Shown: in pieces, positions 24,516 through 35,982 of the stretch
How positions within the stretch are numbered: position 1 is the stretch's first letter
Layout of the letters: each line of letters opens with the position of its first letter
Assembly: GCA_025594325.1 (NCBI GenBank)
Contig: JANHCV010000010.1
Location: forward strand, 1,364,001 to 1,428,000
Direction: 5' to 3'
Length of the DNA: 64,000 nt
From: Blastocladiella emersonii ATCC 22665
Lineage: Eukaryota; Fungi; Blastocladiomycota
Program-made: the position numbers and the translations under genes
The notes under the pieces: model-generated
What the model saw: only the letters and a program-made list of their open reading frames with translations
Told to the model about the DNA's origin: nothing
Database searches by the model: none

Positions 24516-25967
24516 TCAAAAATCAAACCAATTCCAACTCTCGCTACGCCCAAACAAGTAGTCTCCATCATCTGAATCGCCGCCCCCGTCGAGGTAAGGA
24601 CTCGCTGCACGGGGCGGACTCTGCTCCTCCTCGTACTCCGTGTTCCACCAGTTGATCCGCGCCTCTATCTTGGCTGGATCAAGGGCGCCCTTAATCGACA
24701 TGTAGGACCACCTTTGGCTCGGAACGTGGTCCCAGTTCGCCGGGCGGACAAAATCTCGCGACGACAGGTGCTGCTGATATGTGGCGAGCGCAACGACGTT
24801 GTTTGCGGTGCTTGCGCGCGAAATCGCTTCGGCCCAGAACGAGGAATCGCGACCGTAGTCGATGTCGCGGTTGAACACGTTTCTGCAGAACCACTCGAGG
24901 ACGCCCGACTTGTTGCAAGTTGCCGCGTAGTCAACGACGTTCAACCAGAATAAAAACTTCAGTTTGGCGACGGCAAACGTGTCACTGCAAGTTTCGTAAG
25001 GGTCATTTTCTCCGGAGTTACACAAGAAGCACCTGGCCGAGCAGTCTAAGCACAAATTTGCGAAGATTGGGCCGACGTTGTTTCCATCGGCAAGGTAAAT
25101 GTTGACCGCGCTCGCGTTCGTGTAAAGCCATTCGAGCACATCGACGTGCTGTTCGTTGACTGCTCGCTCGAGAATTTTCGTCCAGTCGAATACAAAACGC
25201 TCCCAACACTCGTCAAATAGATCTTGGTGGTGCTTGAGGATCGTGAAGCTCCGCGCCTCGAGTGCGAGCGGGGGAATGACATGGCGAATGTTCTTATGTT
25301 CATAGTCGTATTCATCTTCCTCATCCAAATTGACGTCCTCGATAGTGGTAAAATCAAAATGCTTGATAAACCAGCTGACCGCATCCGCGTGGTCGTTCAC
25401 GATGGCGCACTTGAGGCCAGCGATGGATCCGCGGATTGTGTACAACCACTTGGACCACCACTGAAGCGTAGGCATGTCGCCGCGTGCGCAAGCAGCGTCA
25501 ATGGCGTAAGCTGTGCACTTGTCGTTGTACACCAACCGGTTGGCGCAAAGCCAGGTGAGAACATGGACGTGTCCGTGCGCGGACGCGATATCGAGCGGAG
25601 ACGGCCCCTCGATGCCGAGCCAGTTAAGGTGCAAACACTGCCCAAGCAGCTCCATGCGTCCAGATGCGCAAAGCAAGCGAAGGAAAAAGTCGAGCTGGTC
25701 GTCATCAGCGGAGGGTCGGCGGTGCTGGATCAACAAGTCGCGGAGGGGTTCGAGTTTGGGATAGAGTCCACGCGTGATCCGCGGATGAAGCGAGTAGCGC
25801 AACACGACGCGGTGCAGCTGGCGGAGACCGGGAAGGACGCGCAGCAGCGGAAGCGGGTCCGCGCCCTTTGGGTCCAGCATGACAGCCTGGACCAGAATGG
25901 CCTCGACCACTTCATAAGGCAAGAGAGTATGTCGTTGCATAAAGTTGTTACACGGGAGCTGCTTCAT
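24516..25967 (-). CDS. B2: F-box-like + ankyrin-like repeat protein, intact (483 aa)
   Basis: MKQLPCN..LLPYEVVEAILVQAV; repeats DIASAHGHVHVLTWL, IDAACARGDMPTLQWW, VDYAATCNKSGVLEWF; CxxC-x3-CxxC insert. Confidence 0.85.
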   Translation of the reverse strand: MKQLPCNNFMQRHTLLPYEVVEAILVQAVMLDPKGADPLPLLRVLPGLRQLHRVVLRYSLHPRITRGLYPKLEPLRDLLIQHRRPSADDDQLDFFLRLLCASGRMELLGQCLHLNWLGIEGPSPLDIASAHGHVHVLTWLCANRLVYNDKCTAYAIDAACARGDMPTLQWWSKWLYTIRGSIAGLKCAIVNDHADAVSWFIKHFDFTTIEDVNLDEEDEYDYEHKNIRHVIPPLALEARSFTILKHHQDLFDECWERFVFDWTKILERAVNEQHVDVLEWLYTNASAVNIYLADGNNVGPIFANLCLDCSARCFLCNSGENDPYETCSDTFAVAKLKFLFWLNVVDYAATCNKSGVLEWFCRNVFNRDIDYGRDSSFWAEAISRASTANNVVALATYQQHLSSRDFVRPANWDHVPSQRWSYMSIKGALDPAKIEARINWWNTEYEEEQSPPRAASPYLDGGGDSDDGDYLFGRSESWNWFDF

Positions 25968-26038
25968 GGTGGGCTTCTGGAGGGGTGCTAGAGAGCGGGG
26001 AGCTGTCGCAAGGCGAGACGGGCAAGCCTCAAGAGCGA

Positions 26039-26073
26039 TCACATGTCAGTCACATGTTTTCCCGTCGCGTCTC
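26039..26073 (-). promoter_or_regulatory. Bipartite motif (doubled E-box half) upstream of B2
   Basis: TCACATGT twice (26039, 26050), then GTCGCGTCTC. Confidence 0.5.
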
Positions 26074-26509
26074 CTCTCGCGTGCCGTTGCGATGGTGTTG
26101 GTAGACGGGGTCGCGCGAGGGCTGACATAGCGATCTACGCTTGGGGCTTATAAATTCACGCGACGGTGGCGCCTGCGATAAAGTCTGTGATCGAGCGACA
26201 CGTCGTGTCTTCGCCTGAATGGCCATGCGGCGAATCGTCAATCGTGGTGGAACGTCTTACTTCTTTCCTTGCTTACATACACGGCCTGACGGGTTTGCTT
26301 GGCTTCCTTGCGCGCCACGGAGAGGGACTAAGCGAGACGTTGACGAGCCGCGCGCGGAGCAAAACGGTTGGATTAACGGGACGTAGAAAAACACGCGTTT
26401 TTATAAAAAAACAGAGAGTGATAGACAAACACGATGGCCGTGCTATGTGACGCATTTGCTGGACTCTGGCACAACGAGGCGGTTGTTGGAACAGGGCCGC
26501 CGCCGCGTT

Positions 26510-27449
26510 CTACTCTTTGTCGCTGTCGCAATCCGACTCCTTGTCCGGCGCAGTGGCCTGGAACCAATCAATAACTTCCGGATCGTTGAACTTCTTTGCG
26601 AAGGTACGGGCTTTCAACCAAAAGCGGGCCTTGCTGTCGAAGCTGTCATAGACATGCGCCTTGGGTACATAGTCGTATACCCAGTCAAGAACGTGAACGT
26701 ACTTGTTACGAATCGCATTCTCGACGATCTGGGTCCAGCTCGGGGACGACATCCAATTGCGCACGAAATGGCGCTCGCAGGATGGCAAGGTTCCCCGCTT
26801 CAAGGGCGTATACCGGAGCGAGAACCGCGGCTTCGTAGAGCTGATCGTACACGTTGTTGTAGAGCCACGAGACGACATCGGGTTTGTCGTTCTCGATGGC
26901 GTTGATCATGGCAATTTGCGAAATCTTGATCTCCAGGCCCGACTCCTTCCACTAGTACAGCGTGTCAAGATCGCCATCTGCACACGCTTGGTTCAACCCG
27001 TAGGCCTTGTACTTGCCAATGCGACCGGACTCGTGGAGCCAGTCAATGATCAAATGCCGCCCGCACGCAGTTGCGACGTCGGCCAAGTAGGGCGGTCCGA
27101 GCTCAATCCAGTCGCGGTCCATGCACTGCTCCATCAGCTCGAACCGGTCGTCAGCGCACAGCAAGCAGCGATAGAAGTTGAACTGGGCCGGGTCCGAGCA
27201 CGGCTGGCGGTGCTGAATCAGCAGCCCGCGGAGCTCCTTGTTGTCAAACTCCAGAGCGCGTTGAACGCGAGCGTGCAGAAAGTAGCGTAAGACAACGCGG
27301 CGCAGGTGCCCAAGGCCGGGGAGGACATGAAGCAGCGGGAGCGGGTCCGTCCGCTCGGGGTCGAGCAGGATCGCTTGGACCAAGATTTCCTCGATGAGCT
27401 CAAGCGGCAGGCGCGTTTGCATGGAGTAGTGACATGTAATTTGCTTCAT
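26510..27449 (-). pseudogene. B3: F-box-like + ankyrin-like repeat gene, disrupted and shortened
   Basis: MKQITCH..RLPLELIEEILVQA; TAG at 26952-26954 (W in the xxWW motif), frameshift near 26777, Cys-insert region missing. Confidence 0.75.
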
Positions 27450-27549
27450 GGTTGCGGGAGGCGGGGAGGGCGGGCTGCAGCGGCGGTGGCCGAGCTCAGC
27501 CTCAGATGACCAACGCGAAAGCACCAAGACAATCGTCGCCACGTGCCCC

Positions 27550-27574
27550 TCACATGATTGTTCGTCGCGTCTCA
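27550..27574 (-). promoter_or_regulatory. Bipartite motif upstream of B3; 25-nt exact repeat of 28610-28634
   Basis: TCACATGATTGTTCGTCGCGTCTCA occurs at both 27550 and 28610. Confidence 0.6.
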
Positions 27575-27692
27575 ACAACGCGGCCACACGGGCAGCTGCT
27601 GGGGCAGCTGCGTTGGCGACCGCAAACCGCAGTAGGGCTGGGTGACGCATTGCGCTGGTGCAGCAAAGGCAAATTACGTTTAGAGCTGCTAG

Positions 27693-27990
27693 GTCGCTGA
27701 GGCCGTTGCCCAGGAGACGGGCAAGGAGACGGACGGGTCTGCCCTTCCGCACCGCCCCCAACAAGTCCGAGGCCCTGAACGCGCACGACGCGCTCGTCGA
27801 GGCCCGTGGTGCGTTCTCAGCGAGTTGCTGCTCCCCGAGAATGAGCCCGGGTTGTCCATCGTGCCTGACAAGGTGAACCCAACGCAGTGCGAGGCCATGG
27901 CCATGGTGTGCGCGCACGTCATGATCCATGTTGCGCCACAGACAGCGACTCATGGTGGACGCCAAAACACCTTCAGGATCACGACGCGTG
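27693..27990 (+). pseudogene. FUM1: Degenerate internal fragment of class II fumarate hydratase
   Basis: [10 protein letters not shown] / [27 protein letters not shown] / [34 protein letters not shown] matches the fumarase GSSIMPGKVNP signature region, with frameshifts and a deletion of about 25 codons; no start or stop context. Confidence 0.8.
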
Positions 27991-28048
27991 TCTCAAGTTC
28001 AAAAGCGATTGATTACCATGCGAATCTCGCCAACCCCATCAGGCCGTA

Positions 28049-28270
28049 TCACCAGTCGTCTTGCGAGTGGAACCACGGCGAGTGTCCGCAATCGTCGCCG
28101 ACGCAGCGCGCGCCGCCCATGGAAGCCGGAACCGGACCCCACGCGGGAACAGGGACGGCCACGGGCACCGGAACGAACACGATCGGCGGCGCGCCGCAGT
28201 GCCAGCACGGCGGGCGGCCGCCGTACGCGGACGGGTGGGGCGGGAACATGAACTGCGGCGGCGGAGGCAT
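28049..28270 (-). CDS. Small Pro-rich hypothetical protein (73 aa from ATG; frame open further upstream)
   Basis: GC3-rich codons, TATAAAG at 28486-28492, bipartite motif at 28610; GCC-ATC-G at 28402 may be a lost or near-cognate start. Confidence 0.4.
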   Translation of the reverse strand: MPPPPQFMFPPHPSAYGGRPPCWHCGAPPIVFVPVPVAVPVPAWGPVPASMGGARCVGDDCGHSPWFHSQDDW

Positions 28271-28609
28271 GTTGCTGCTGGCGTTCTTGGGCGCGGTGGG
28301 GCCGGCGGGGCGCGACTCGTCCGCGGCGGGGACGGTCTTGGCGGCGTCGACGGCCGGGGCCGCGGTGGCGGCGGTCTGCGGAGCGCGTGCTGGGGAACCG
28401 ATGGCGATGAAGTAAACGAGTTGATGCGTAGCAAAATGATCTTGAAGCGCGGAGAGCTCGAGGGAGGCGAGGGGGCGCCTGCGCGCTTTATAGCGTTGAG
28501 CGAGAGGGCGCGGCGCACGCTCTCCGCTCACCGTTTTCGCTCGTTCCGGAACTCGCGTTTCCCCGTGCCTGTCAACTCGTTCAAACCACCTTCCATGTGC
28601 GATCTCGCA

Positions 28610-28634
28610 TCACATGATTGTTCGTCGCGTCTCA
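28610..28634 (-). promoter_or_regulatory. Bipartite motif copy identical to 27550-27574
   Basis: Exact 25-nt match with further partial similarity downstream. Confidence 0.55.
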
Positions 28635-28760
28635 CGGCGAGCCGCGCGGGCAGCAGCCGCAGCCATGCTGGGCTACGCGCTGTGCCACAGCGCGCCGCTC
28701 TCAGGCGCTGGCTGGACGGGAAGAACAAGACACCAACTGTGTATGGTCGAGCTTTGCTCT

Positions 28761-30145
28761 CTACTCGTAGCACACCCTCGCGTGGGGCGCCCGCACCAGC
28801 GCGACCCGCATCGACGCTGGCGGGAGCGGCATCGGCGAGTCGCCGATCGTGCACCCCTTGAACTCGAACTGCTGAATGGACGGCGGGAGCCCCCGCACAA
28901 GTGCGTGGAAGGCGATCTCGGTCAGCTGAAGCTTGTTGAGCTGCAACGTCTTCAAGTTCGGCGGGCACCCGCGAACGAGCGCGACAACGCCCGCGTCGCC
29001 GAGCTTGGTTGACGAGAGATCGAGCTGGACGAGCGTGGGGCGGAAAGTGCTGGGCCAGCGCCGCCACGCCGGACCGCGTGATCGCGTTGTTGGAGAGAAT
29101 CAGGTGCTTCAAGCCCGCCGGGAGAAGCGGCGCGAGGCCGCGGACCTCGGCCGGGTCCCTGATACAGTTCGAGAGAAGGAGCGATTCGAGCTGGGGCGGG
29201 AGTCTCAGGAGAGCCACGCGCAGCGCGCCCGGCGCGAACGTCGACCCGCTCAGCGAGAGCCACGTCACGGTGGGCGGAAAGTGAAGCGCGAGCTGCCGGG
29301 CGGCCTCGGGGCCAAAGTCACACGCAGCGAGGTTGAGCGTCCGCAGGGCGGGCGGGAGGTACCGGAAGATGCCGCCGGGCGTGGCGCCACCGATCTGGCA
29401 CGTATCCATGTTGAGCGTTTTGAGGCCGCGCGGGAACACGGTCGCGCCGGCGTCGTCGTGCGTCACGCCCTCGCACACCCAGTTGTGGTCGAGCGTCAAG
29501 GTCTTGACCGTCTCGGGCAAGCGGAGCGCGCGAATCTCGGGGAACGTGAGGTCGCAGAAAGTGAGGCTGACGGCCGTGACGCGCTGGGTCGGCGAGGCGA
29601 ACGCAATCGCAAGTTTGTCTGCGCCGTGCGCCGTGATGCGCGCGTACCGGACGCTGACCGTCTCGAGCTCGCCCGAGATAATGTTGGACAGCATCGCCTC
29701 GAAGCGCGAGTCGCCGAGGTTCCGCGGCATTCCCTCGTAAACGTGCCCCACTTCGCCGTAAAAGTGGACCTTGGGCTCGGCCCTGGCCAGGTCGCCGGCG
29801 GCGAGGAGACCCGACCGCCGCCACCAGTCGAACACGGTGTAGTATCGCGGGCGGTGTAGCTCGATGGCGCGCCAGTTGTACCCGAGCAGCCGCGGACTGG
29901 CGCCACATGTCGAGGACGTGCAGGCGGTTGGTCATGCTCGCCTCGGTCATGGACACGGACAGGACGTGGGCCTGGATCGCCGGCCAGACGGACGGGACCT
30001 GGTGCATCGGGACCACGCGCAGGTAGGAAAGCATGGCGGGGACCTCGTCCGGGTCGTGCAGGTGGACGGCCGCGACCAGGATCCGGTCGAGGAGCTCGGG
30101 GGCGAGTCGCGGAAGTGGTTTCATTTGATCCATGCTTTCATTCAT
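28761..30145 (-). pseudogene. LC: divergent F-box-like + ankyrin-like + LRR gene with two frameshifts
   Basis: MKPLPRLAPELLDRILVAAVHLHD..SMTEASMTNRLHVLD..FDWWRRSGLL, then LRRs; frameshifts near 29893 and in a G4 run at 29037-29040. Confidence 0.7.
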
Positions 30146-30251
30146 TGTGCCGTGGCAGCGACCGTCGCTTGGGAGAGCGTGGACTGGCCGCGGCGCTCTC
30201 AGCTCACTTGAATCGCGTGGGACCCGTTCGTTGCTCAAAGTTCGGTTGTAT

Positions 30252-32681
30252 TCACTCATCCGCGCCCTCGAGTGTCCACATCTCTTCCTCGTCCTCCTCA
30301 TCCTCCTCCTCCTCCTCATCATCATCCTCATCCGAGCTCGACGACGCGTGGACGCCAACACCACCCAGCTTGGTCCGCCCAAGCGTGAGCCGCCCGCCCC
30401 TCGCGACGCTGCTCGGGAGCCCGCCGTCGTTATCGTACACTTCATCCTCCTCCTCCTCATCCTCCTCATCATCCCCCTCGCCACGCGCCTCCGCATCCGC
30501 CGCAGCCGCCGCATCGATCTCGTCCTCGTCGTCATCCTCGTCGTCGTCGAGCTGCATCATGACCTCCTCGTCATCCTCCTCCTCCTCGTCCGCGTACACG
30601 GTATCCCACGGCTCGGCGTCGTCGAGGATCGCGCGGAGCCCCGCGGGCGCCGCGGGCATGGCGCCCGACGCCGTCAGGTCCTGCATCATCTGCTGCACCT
30701 GGCGCATCACCGAGTCCTGGCGCGCGGCCGCCGAGTCGCCGGCGCCGCCACTTGCCGCGGCAGCAGCAGCAGCCGCAGCGGCGGCAGCGGCAGAGCGCGC
30801 GTTGCGGCGCGGGCGCGTGTTGGGCGCGCCGGGCGGCGGCGGGAAGTAGCGGTCGTCGGGGATCGCGGGGAGCGCGGCGGTGGAGTCGGCGGCGGGATCG
30901 CCTGCGGCACCGTCCTCGTCGTCGCCGCCGGCCTCGCCACCTGGAACCACGGGCGCGTTCATGATCACCTCCATGAAATCCTCGGGCGGCGGGTCGTACG
31001 GCGTGCCCGCGACGAGCGCGCTGCGCTTGCGGCGCAGGCGCGCGCGGATCTTGATGATCAGGCCGCGGTAGTACCACCCGTCGATCGGCTATCGGGACAC
31101 GCGCGCGGGGTTAGTCGAGTTCGCAACGCGGAAGGTAAAAGGCAACGTACATCGCACGCGTCGCGCAGGTACTCGGTGGTCTCGACGAGCTCCTGGAGGA
31201 TCGGGTCCTTGAGGTCGCAGAACTGGAACACGGACGTGGTGTCGTTGACGTTGACGCCGTCGAAGATGTGCGACCCGTTGCGCTGGCGCGCCGTGGTCTG
31301 GCGGTTGGACATGCCGCTAGGACCCGCGCCGCGCGACTCCGTGCCGGCAGGCGCCGCACCATCCGCATTGGCGGCGAGCGGCGGGAGCGACTTGCGTTTC
31401 GCGCGGAGCCATCCGGTCTTGAAGTGGTTCCGGGTATCGAGCGACTGGTAGAACCGCGTGTCGATGCTGGCGGCCGGGTCGAACCCGAACCGGACCCACG
31501 TCATCTTCCAGGGCCCCGAGGTCAGGTAGTAGGCGACGGACGGCAGGATGCGTTTCAGGCGGCGCACGAGGACCGGGTCGGCGAGCTCGTTGATGAGGGC
31601 GAGCCGCGTCCACACGGGCCGCACCGCGAACTTGGCGCGCACCGCGTCGATCATGTCCTGGGCCACGCCCGTCAGGTGCTTCTGGATGTCCGGGCTCGGG
31701 CCCGTCGGGACCGGGTGGTGCCCCGCGACCGAGGTCACGGGGAGACCCTTTTCCTTGGACCGGTTGAGCAGGCGGACTGAGGTCGACTAGTTGCGCGAAG
31801 GTGGGTCAGTCGTCGTCGTTGGGGGCACGGATGGTGAAAGAAAGCGTACGCCGTCGGGCTGCTGGATGGCGACCTTGACGACGGCCGGGTTCTGCTTGTA
31901 GTCGTACTGCAGCGGGAGCTCGATCTGCGAGAAGAGCGGCGGCGGGAACTGCATGAGGTCGGTCATGGACGTTTCGTCCTCGGACCCGAGCTTGAACTTG
32001 GCGAGCTCCTCGACTAGGGGGTTTCGGTGAGTGAGTGAGGTGGTCCGAATCGGTGCGAGTGGTTAGAGCGGGCCACGTACGGTCCATGGTCGTCATGGCG
32101 TGGCGGAGCTTGACAAGCGGGTCCTCGGGGTCGGCGTGCCACTGGTAGTCGGCGAGACCTGTCAGAGCGAACCGTCAGCGACTTACCAACGTGCGCACAT
32201 CCCGAAGCGAAGCGAACGCACTGCGGAACCGCCCCGTCTCATGAATCACACCGCGGACCTCGGCCATGTACACCCAGGGCTCGCCCGTCCCGCGCCGCCG
32301 CCGGCGAACGACACGCACGAGCAGGTTACACGTGCTGACGATCTCGCCGAACAGCGGGTGCGCGAACGGGTCCTCGGGGCGCCACCGCAGCTCGAGCGGA
32401 ACGCGGATCGGCGCGCCGCTGGCGTCGGGCCGGTCGGGCTGCAGCGACTTGGCAATGGCCAGCGGGCCGCCCAGCATCGTCAGGGCGCGGTCGTTGTTCT
32501 CGACGAAGCCAGGGAACTCGACCACGACGTACGGCGTCGACGGGATCCCGAAGTGCGGGCCCAGCGACAGGTACGGCGGTTCGGGTTTGGGCGTGGGCGG
32601 TTCGGGCTCGGGGTCCGGGGCCGGCGACGTGGCGGGCCCCGGCACCGGTGCTGGGTCGGTTTCCATTGGGTCGGTCTCCAT
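30252..32681 (-). CDS. TFC1: TFIIIC subunit tau95 (GTF3C5) with acidic C-terminal tail
   Basis: VVEFPGFVEN.DRAL.MLGG, LELRWRPEDPFAHP, LADYQ, FPPPLFSQIELP..Y.YKQN, FAVRPVWTR, AYYLTSGPWKMTWVRFGFDP, DGWY; four introns. Confidence 0.9.
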
Positions 32682-32933
32682 GTGTGTTGTTGATGTCAGG
32701 CAGGGGTGAGCGTGCAGAGGGGAGAGGCGAGCGACGGTGAGAACGCGTCCCGACACCCAAGTCCCCATCTAGCGTAGCGACGGGTCACGCGGGCGCACGC
32801 CACCTCATCCACGCGAGCGTGTCTCGCGCTGCCGCCGCCACCCCTCTCGAGCTGTACCCCGCCACGAAGACATAGCGATCCACACGAAGTGGCCCCGTCC
32901 ACGCACCACGTAACTCTACGCATCAACCCGAAC

Positions 32934-35920
32934 ATGGCCCCACCGAAGCGCAAGGGCGGCGCGAGCAAGCGTCCCGCCAAGGCGCCGTCGGCCGCGCAGA
33001 CCAAGGCGCAGGCCAAGAAGGCGGCCAAGAAGGGCAAGGCCCAGCACCACGCGGTGCCCGAGACCGAGGCCGACGTCGATCTGCTGAGCGACGAGGACCT
33101 CGAGTTCATCGAGCAGAACGCCCAGTTTGCGTCGCTCGTGGCTAACCTCGATGTCAAGGCGCTCACCAAGTACGTCATTTTGCGGCACGGATTGACTGAG
33201 TGGTCGCTGACCCAACCTCGCGCGTGTCTAGGAAGGAGAAGAAGGTCAAGCAGCCCGCATACGCGCGCACGACGGACGCGAACCGCATCGAGTCGTCCGA
33301 CGACGAGAGCGAGCTCGACGCGGCGCTCGAGTCGGCCGAGATCGTGGACGTGTCCGCCGACGACGATTCGGACGCCGACGGCGAGTCGCACAGCCTGTCC
33401 CGCCGCGCGCGCGCCGCCAAGGCCTCGGCCGCCGCCGCCGCTGCGCGCGACTCGGACTCGGACGACGACGAGATCCGGCAGACGATCGTCGAGGGCGAGT
33501 CGGACTCGGACGCCGGCGGCGCCTCCGGGTCGGACCTCGAATCGGACGACGACGCGAGCGACGCCGGCAGCGACGCGGGGGCGGGGCTCGACTCGGACGA
33601 AATGGACGTGGACGATATCCCGACCGACTACGAGTCGACCGACGACGAGGCCGGGCTCGACGACTCGGCGTTCCTGGCGCCGCCGCCCGCCGAGTCGCGG
33701 TACGCGGCCAAGCACCGCAAGCGCGAGACCGACGACGCCGAGGCCACCTACGAGGCCAAGCCGCGCGCCGCGCCCAAGCCCGAGAAGCCCGGCCGCCTGC
33801 CCGTCAAGCTCCAGGACGGCCGCGTCATGCGCGTCAAGGGCGAGGAGAACGAGGAGGACCTGTCGCTGAGCACCGACGACGAGGCCGAGGACGAGGAGGA
33901 GGACGAGAAGCCCGCGGCGGCCAAGCCCCAGCGCGCGGCGAGCAGGGACGCGCACGCGGACCTGGACGACGACGCGATCCACCCGCTGGAGCGGATCGGG
34001 CAGCTGTCGCAGCGGATCCTCGACAGCCCCGAGGACAACATTGCGCTGCTGACGCGGCTGCTCGAGTACGTGCAGGGCGGGCAGCGGCTCAAGCAGCTGT
34101 CGGGCCGCGGCATGGACCACCGGCAGGTGCAGAAGATTGCGCTGGCGTCGCTCGGCCAGGTGTACCTGGACATCATCCCGGGGTACCGCATCCTCGAGCT
34201 GACGGACGCGCAGAAGCAGGAGAAGGTCGGCAAGGAGGTGCGCCGCCTGCGCAACTTTGAGCAGTCGCTGCTCGTCGGGTACCAGCGGTACCTGAGCGCC
34301 CTCGACAAGCTCATCAAGAAAGTGCCGAAACGCACCGCGATCCGCGACGGCGATACCGCGTTCCTCGCCATGTCCATGCTGTGCCAGCTCCTCGTCACCC
34401 ACCCGCACTTCAACTTCCGCCTCAACATCATCAACGCGCTCGTCATGCGCCTCACGCGCCGCGAGTTTCGGGTCCCCGTCCTCGACACGCTGCGCACCGT
34501 GTTCAAGCGCGACGAGGAGGGGTCCGTGTCGTCCGAGGCGGCGCGCCTCATCGCCAAGCTCGTCAAGATGGCCGCGTACGAGGTCGACCCCGAGGTCGTG
34601 CGCGTCTTCAACCACCTGCGGCTCAAGCACGAGCTGACGCTCGAGGACCTGACCAAGAAGGGCGGCAAGGGCAGCAACGGCGGCAAGCCTGACGGCGGCA
34701 AGCTCGCCAAGCAGAAGAAGGGCAAGCGCAACAACCGCACGCAGTACGTGAACAAGAAGCAGCGCAAGAACAGCAAGCTGACCAAGGAGGTGCTCAAGGA
34801 GCTCAAGGAGGCCGAGGCGGTCGTCGACCTCGAGGACCGCAAGAAGCACCACCGCATCACACTCGAGCACGTCTTCCTGACGTACGTGCGCGTGCTCAAG
34901 ACGGCCAGCACCTCGCGTCTCGTCCCCGCGGCGCTCGAGGGGCTCGGTATCTTCGCCCACCTCATCTCGGTCGACTACTTCCAGTCGCTGTGGTCCGTGT
35001 TCAAGTCCCTCCTCGGCGACCCCGCCCTCGGCGCCGAGTCCAAACTCTCCATCATCGCCACCGCCAACCGCGTCATGTCCGGCCAGGGCGAGGTGCTGAA
35101 CCTGGACCTCGCCGACTTCTACACGTCGTGCTACCGCGTGCTCGGCGAGCTGCGCATGGTCCCGCTGCCGCACGACTCGCCGGTCCTGCGCCAGGCGCTC
35201 GACGTCCTCGAGGAGATTTTGCGCCGCAAAACGTCCCTCGCCGTCGTCGCCGGCCTGTTCGCGCGCGTCGCCTCCCTCGCCGCGTCCGTCGACGACCCCG
35301 CCGCGACCCTCGCGTGCATCTCGGTCCTCGCGGGCATCGCGTCCAAGTTTCCCGGCCTGCGCCGGCTCCTCGACCCGCCGTCCGACCGCCCGACCTCGCA
35401 GCCGCACGACCCGCACGCCGACGACCCGGTCCTCGCCAACGCCCTCGCGTCCGCGCCGTTCGAGTTCGCCCTCCTGATCGCGCACTGGCACCCGGACGTC
35501 CGCGCCGCCGCCGCGGCGGTCGCCCGCGAAATGAACCCGGCCACGGCCAAGGGACACTTCACCCGCATCCTCGGGTGGCGCGAGACCCTCGACAAGTGGG
35601 CGTGGAACCGCGGCACACGGTACGTCCCCGACTGGACGAACCCCGGCGGGAACGCTGGGCGGCGCGCGCCCGGGCAGCGGCAGCAGTACAACTACGCGGC
35701 GCGCGAAGGGTTGGCGAAACCTGGTCGCCGGCCGCGCGAGGGGGAGGAGGAGGCCCCGAAGGATGCCGCCGCCGAGGCCAAGGCTGCGGCCGTCAGCAGG
35801 GCGGCCGCCGCGCTCGTCCCGCCAAAAGCCAAGAAGCGCAAGACGCACGATTCTGCTGGTGCAGGGAAGAAGCGCGGCGGCGGGGGCGGGGGTCGCGGGC
35901 GCGGTGGCAAGCGTCGTTGA
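32934..35920 (+). CDS. NOC3: Nucleolar complex protein Noc3
   Basis: RLPVKLQDG, SLGQVYLDIIPGYRI, LRNFEQSLL..YQRYL, HPHFNFRLNII, YVRVLK, ALEGLGIFAHLISVDYF; intron 33170-33231. Confidence 0.92.
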
Positions 35921-35982
35921 GTGAGACTGACCCGAGGTTTTGGTAATAAATACACAGCTAGCTTACTCACTCATCAATGTAT

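Noticed and set aside
32696-35848. 1050-aa minus-strand ORF and many similar long antisense or alternate-frame ORFs across the window
   Set aside because: Shadow ORFs of GC3-rich genes (here NOC3); no domain motifs, and the opposite strand explains the sequence
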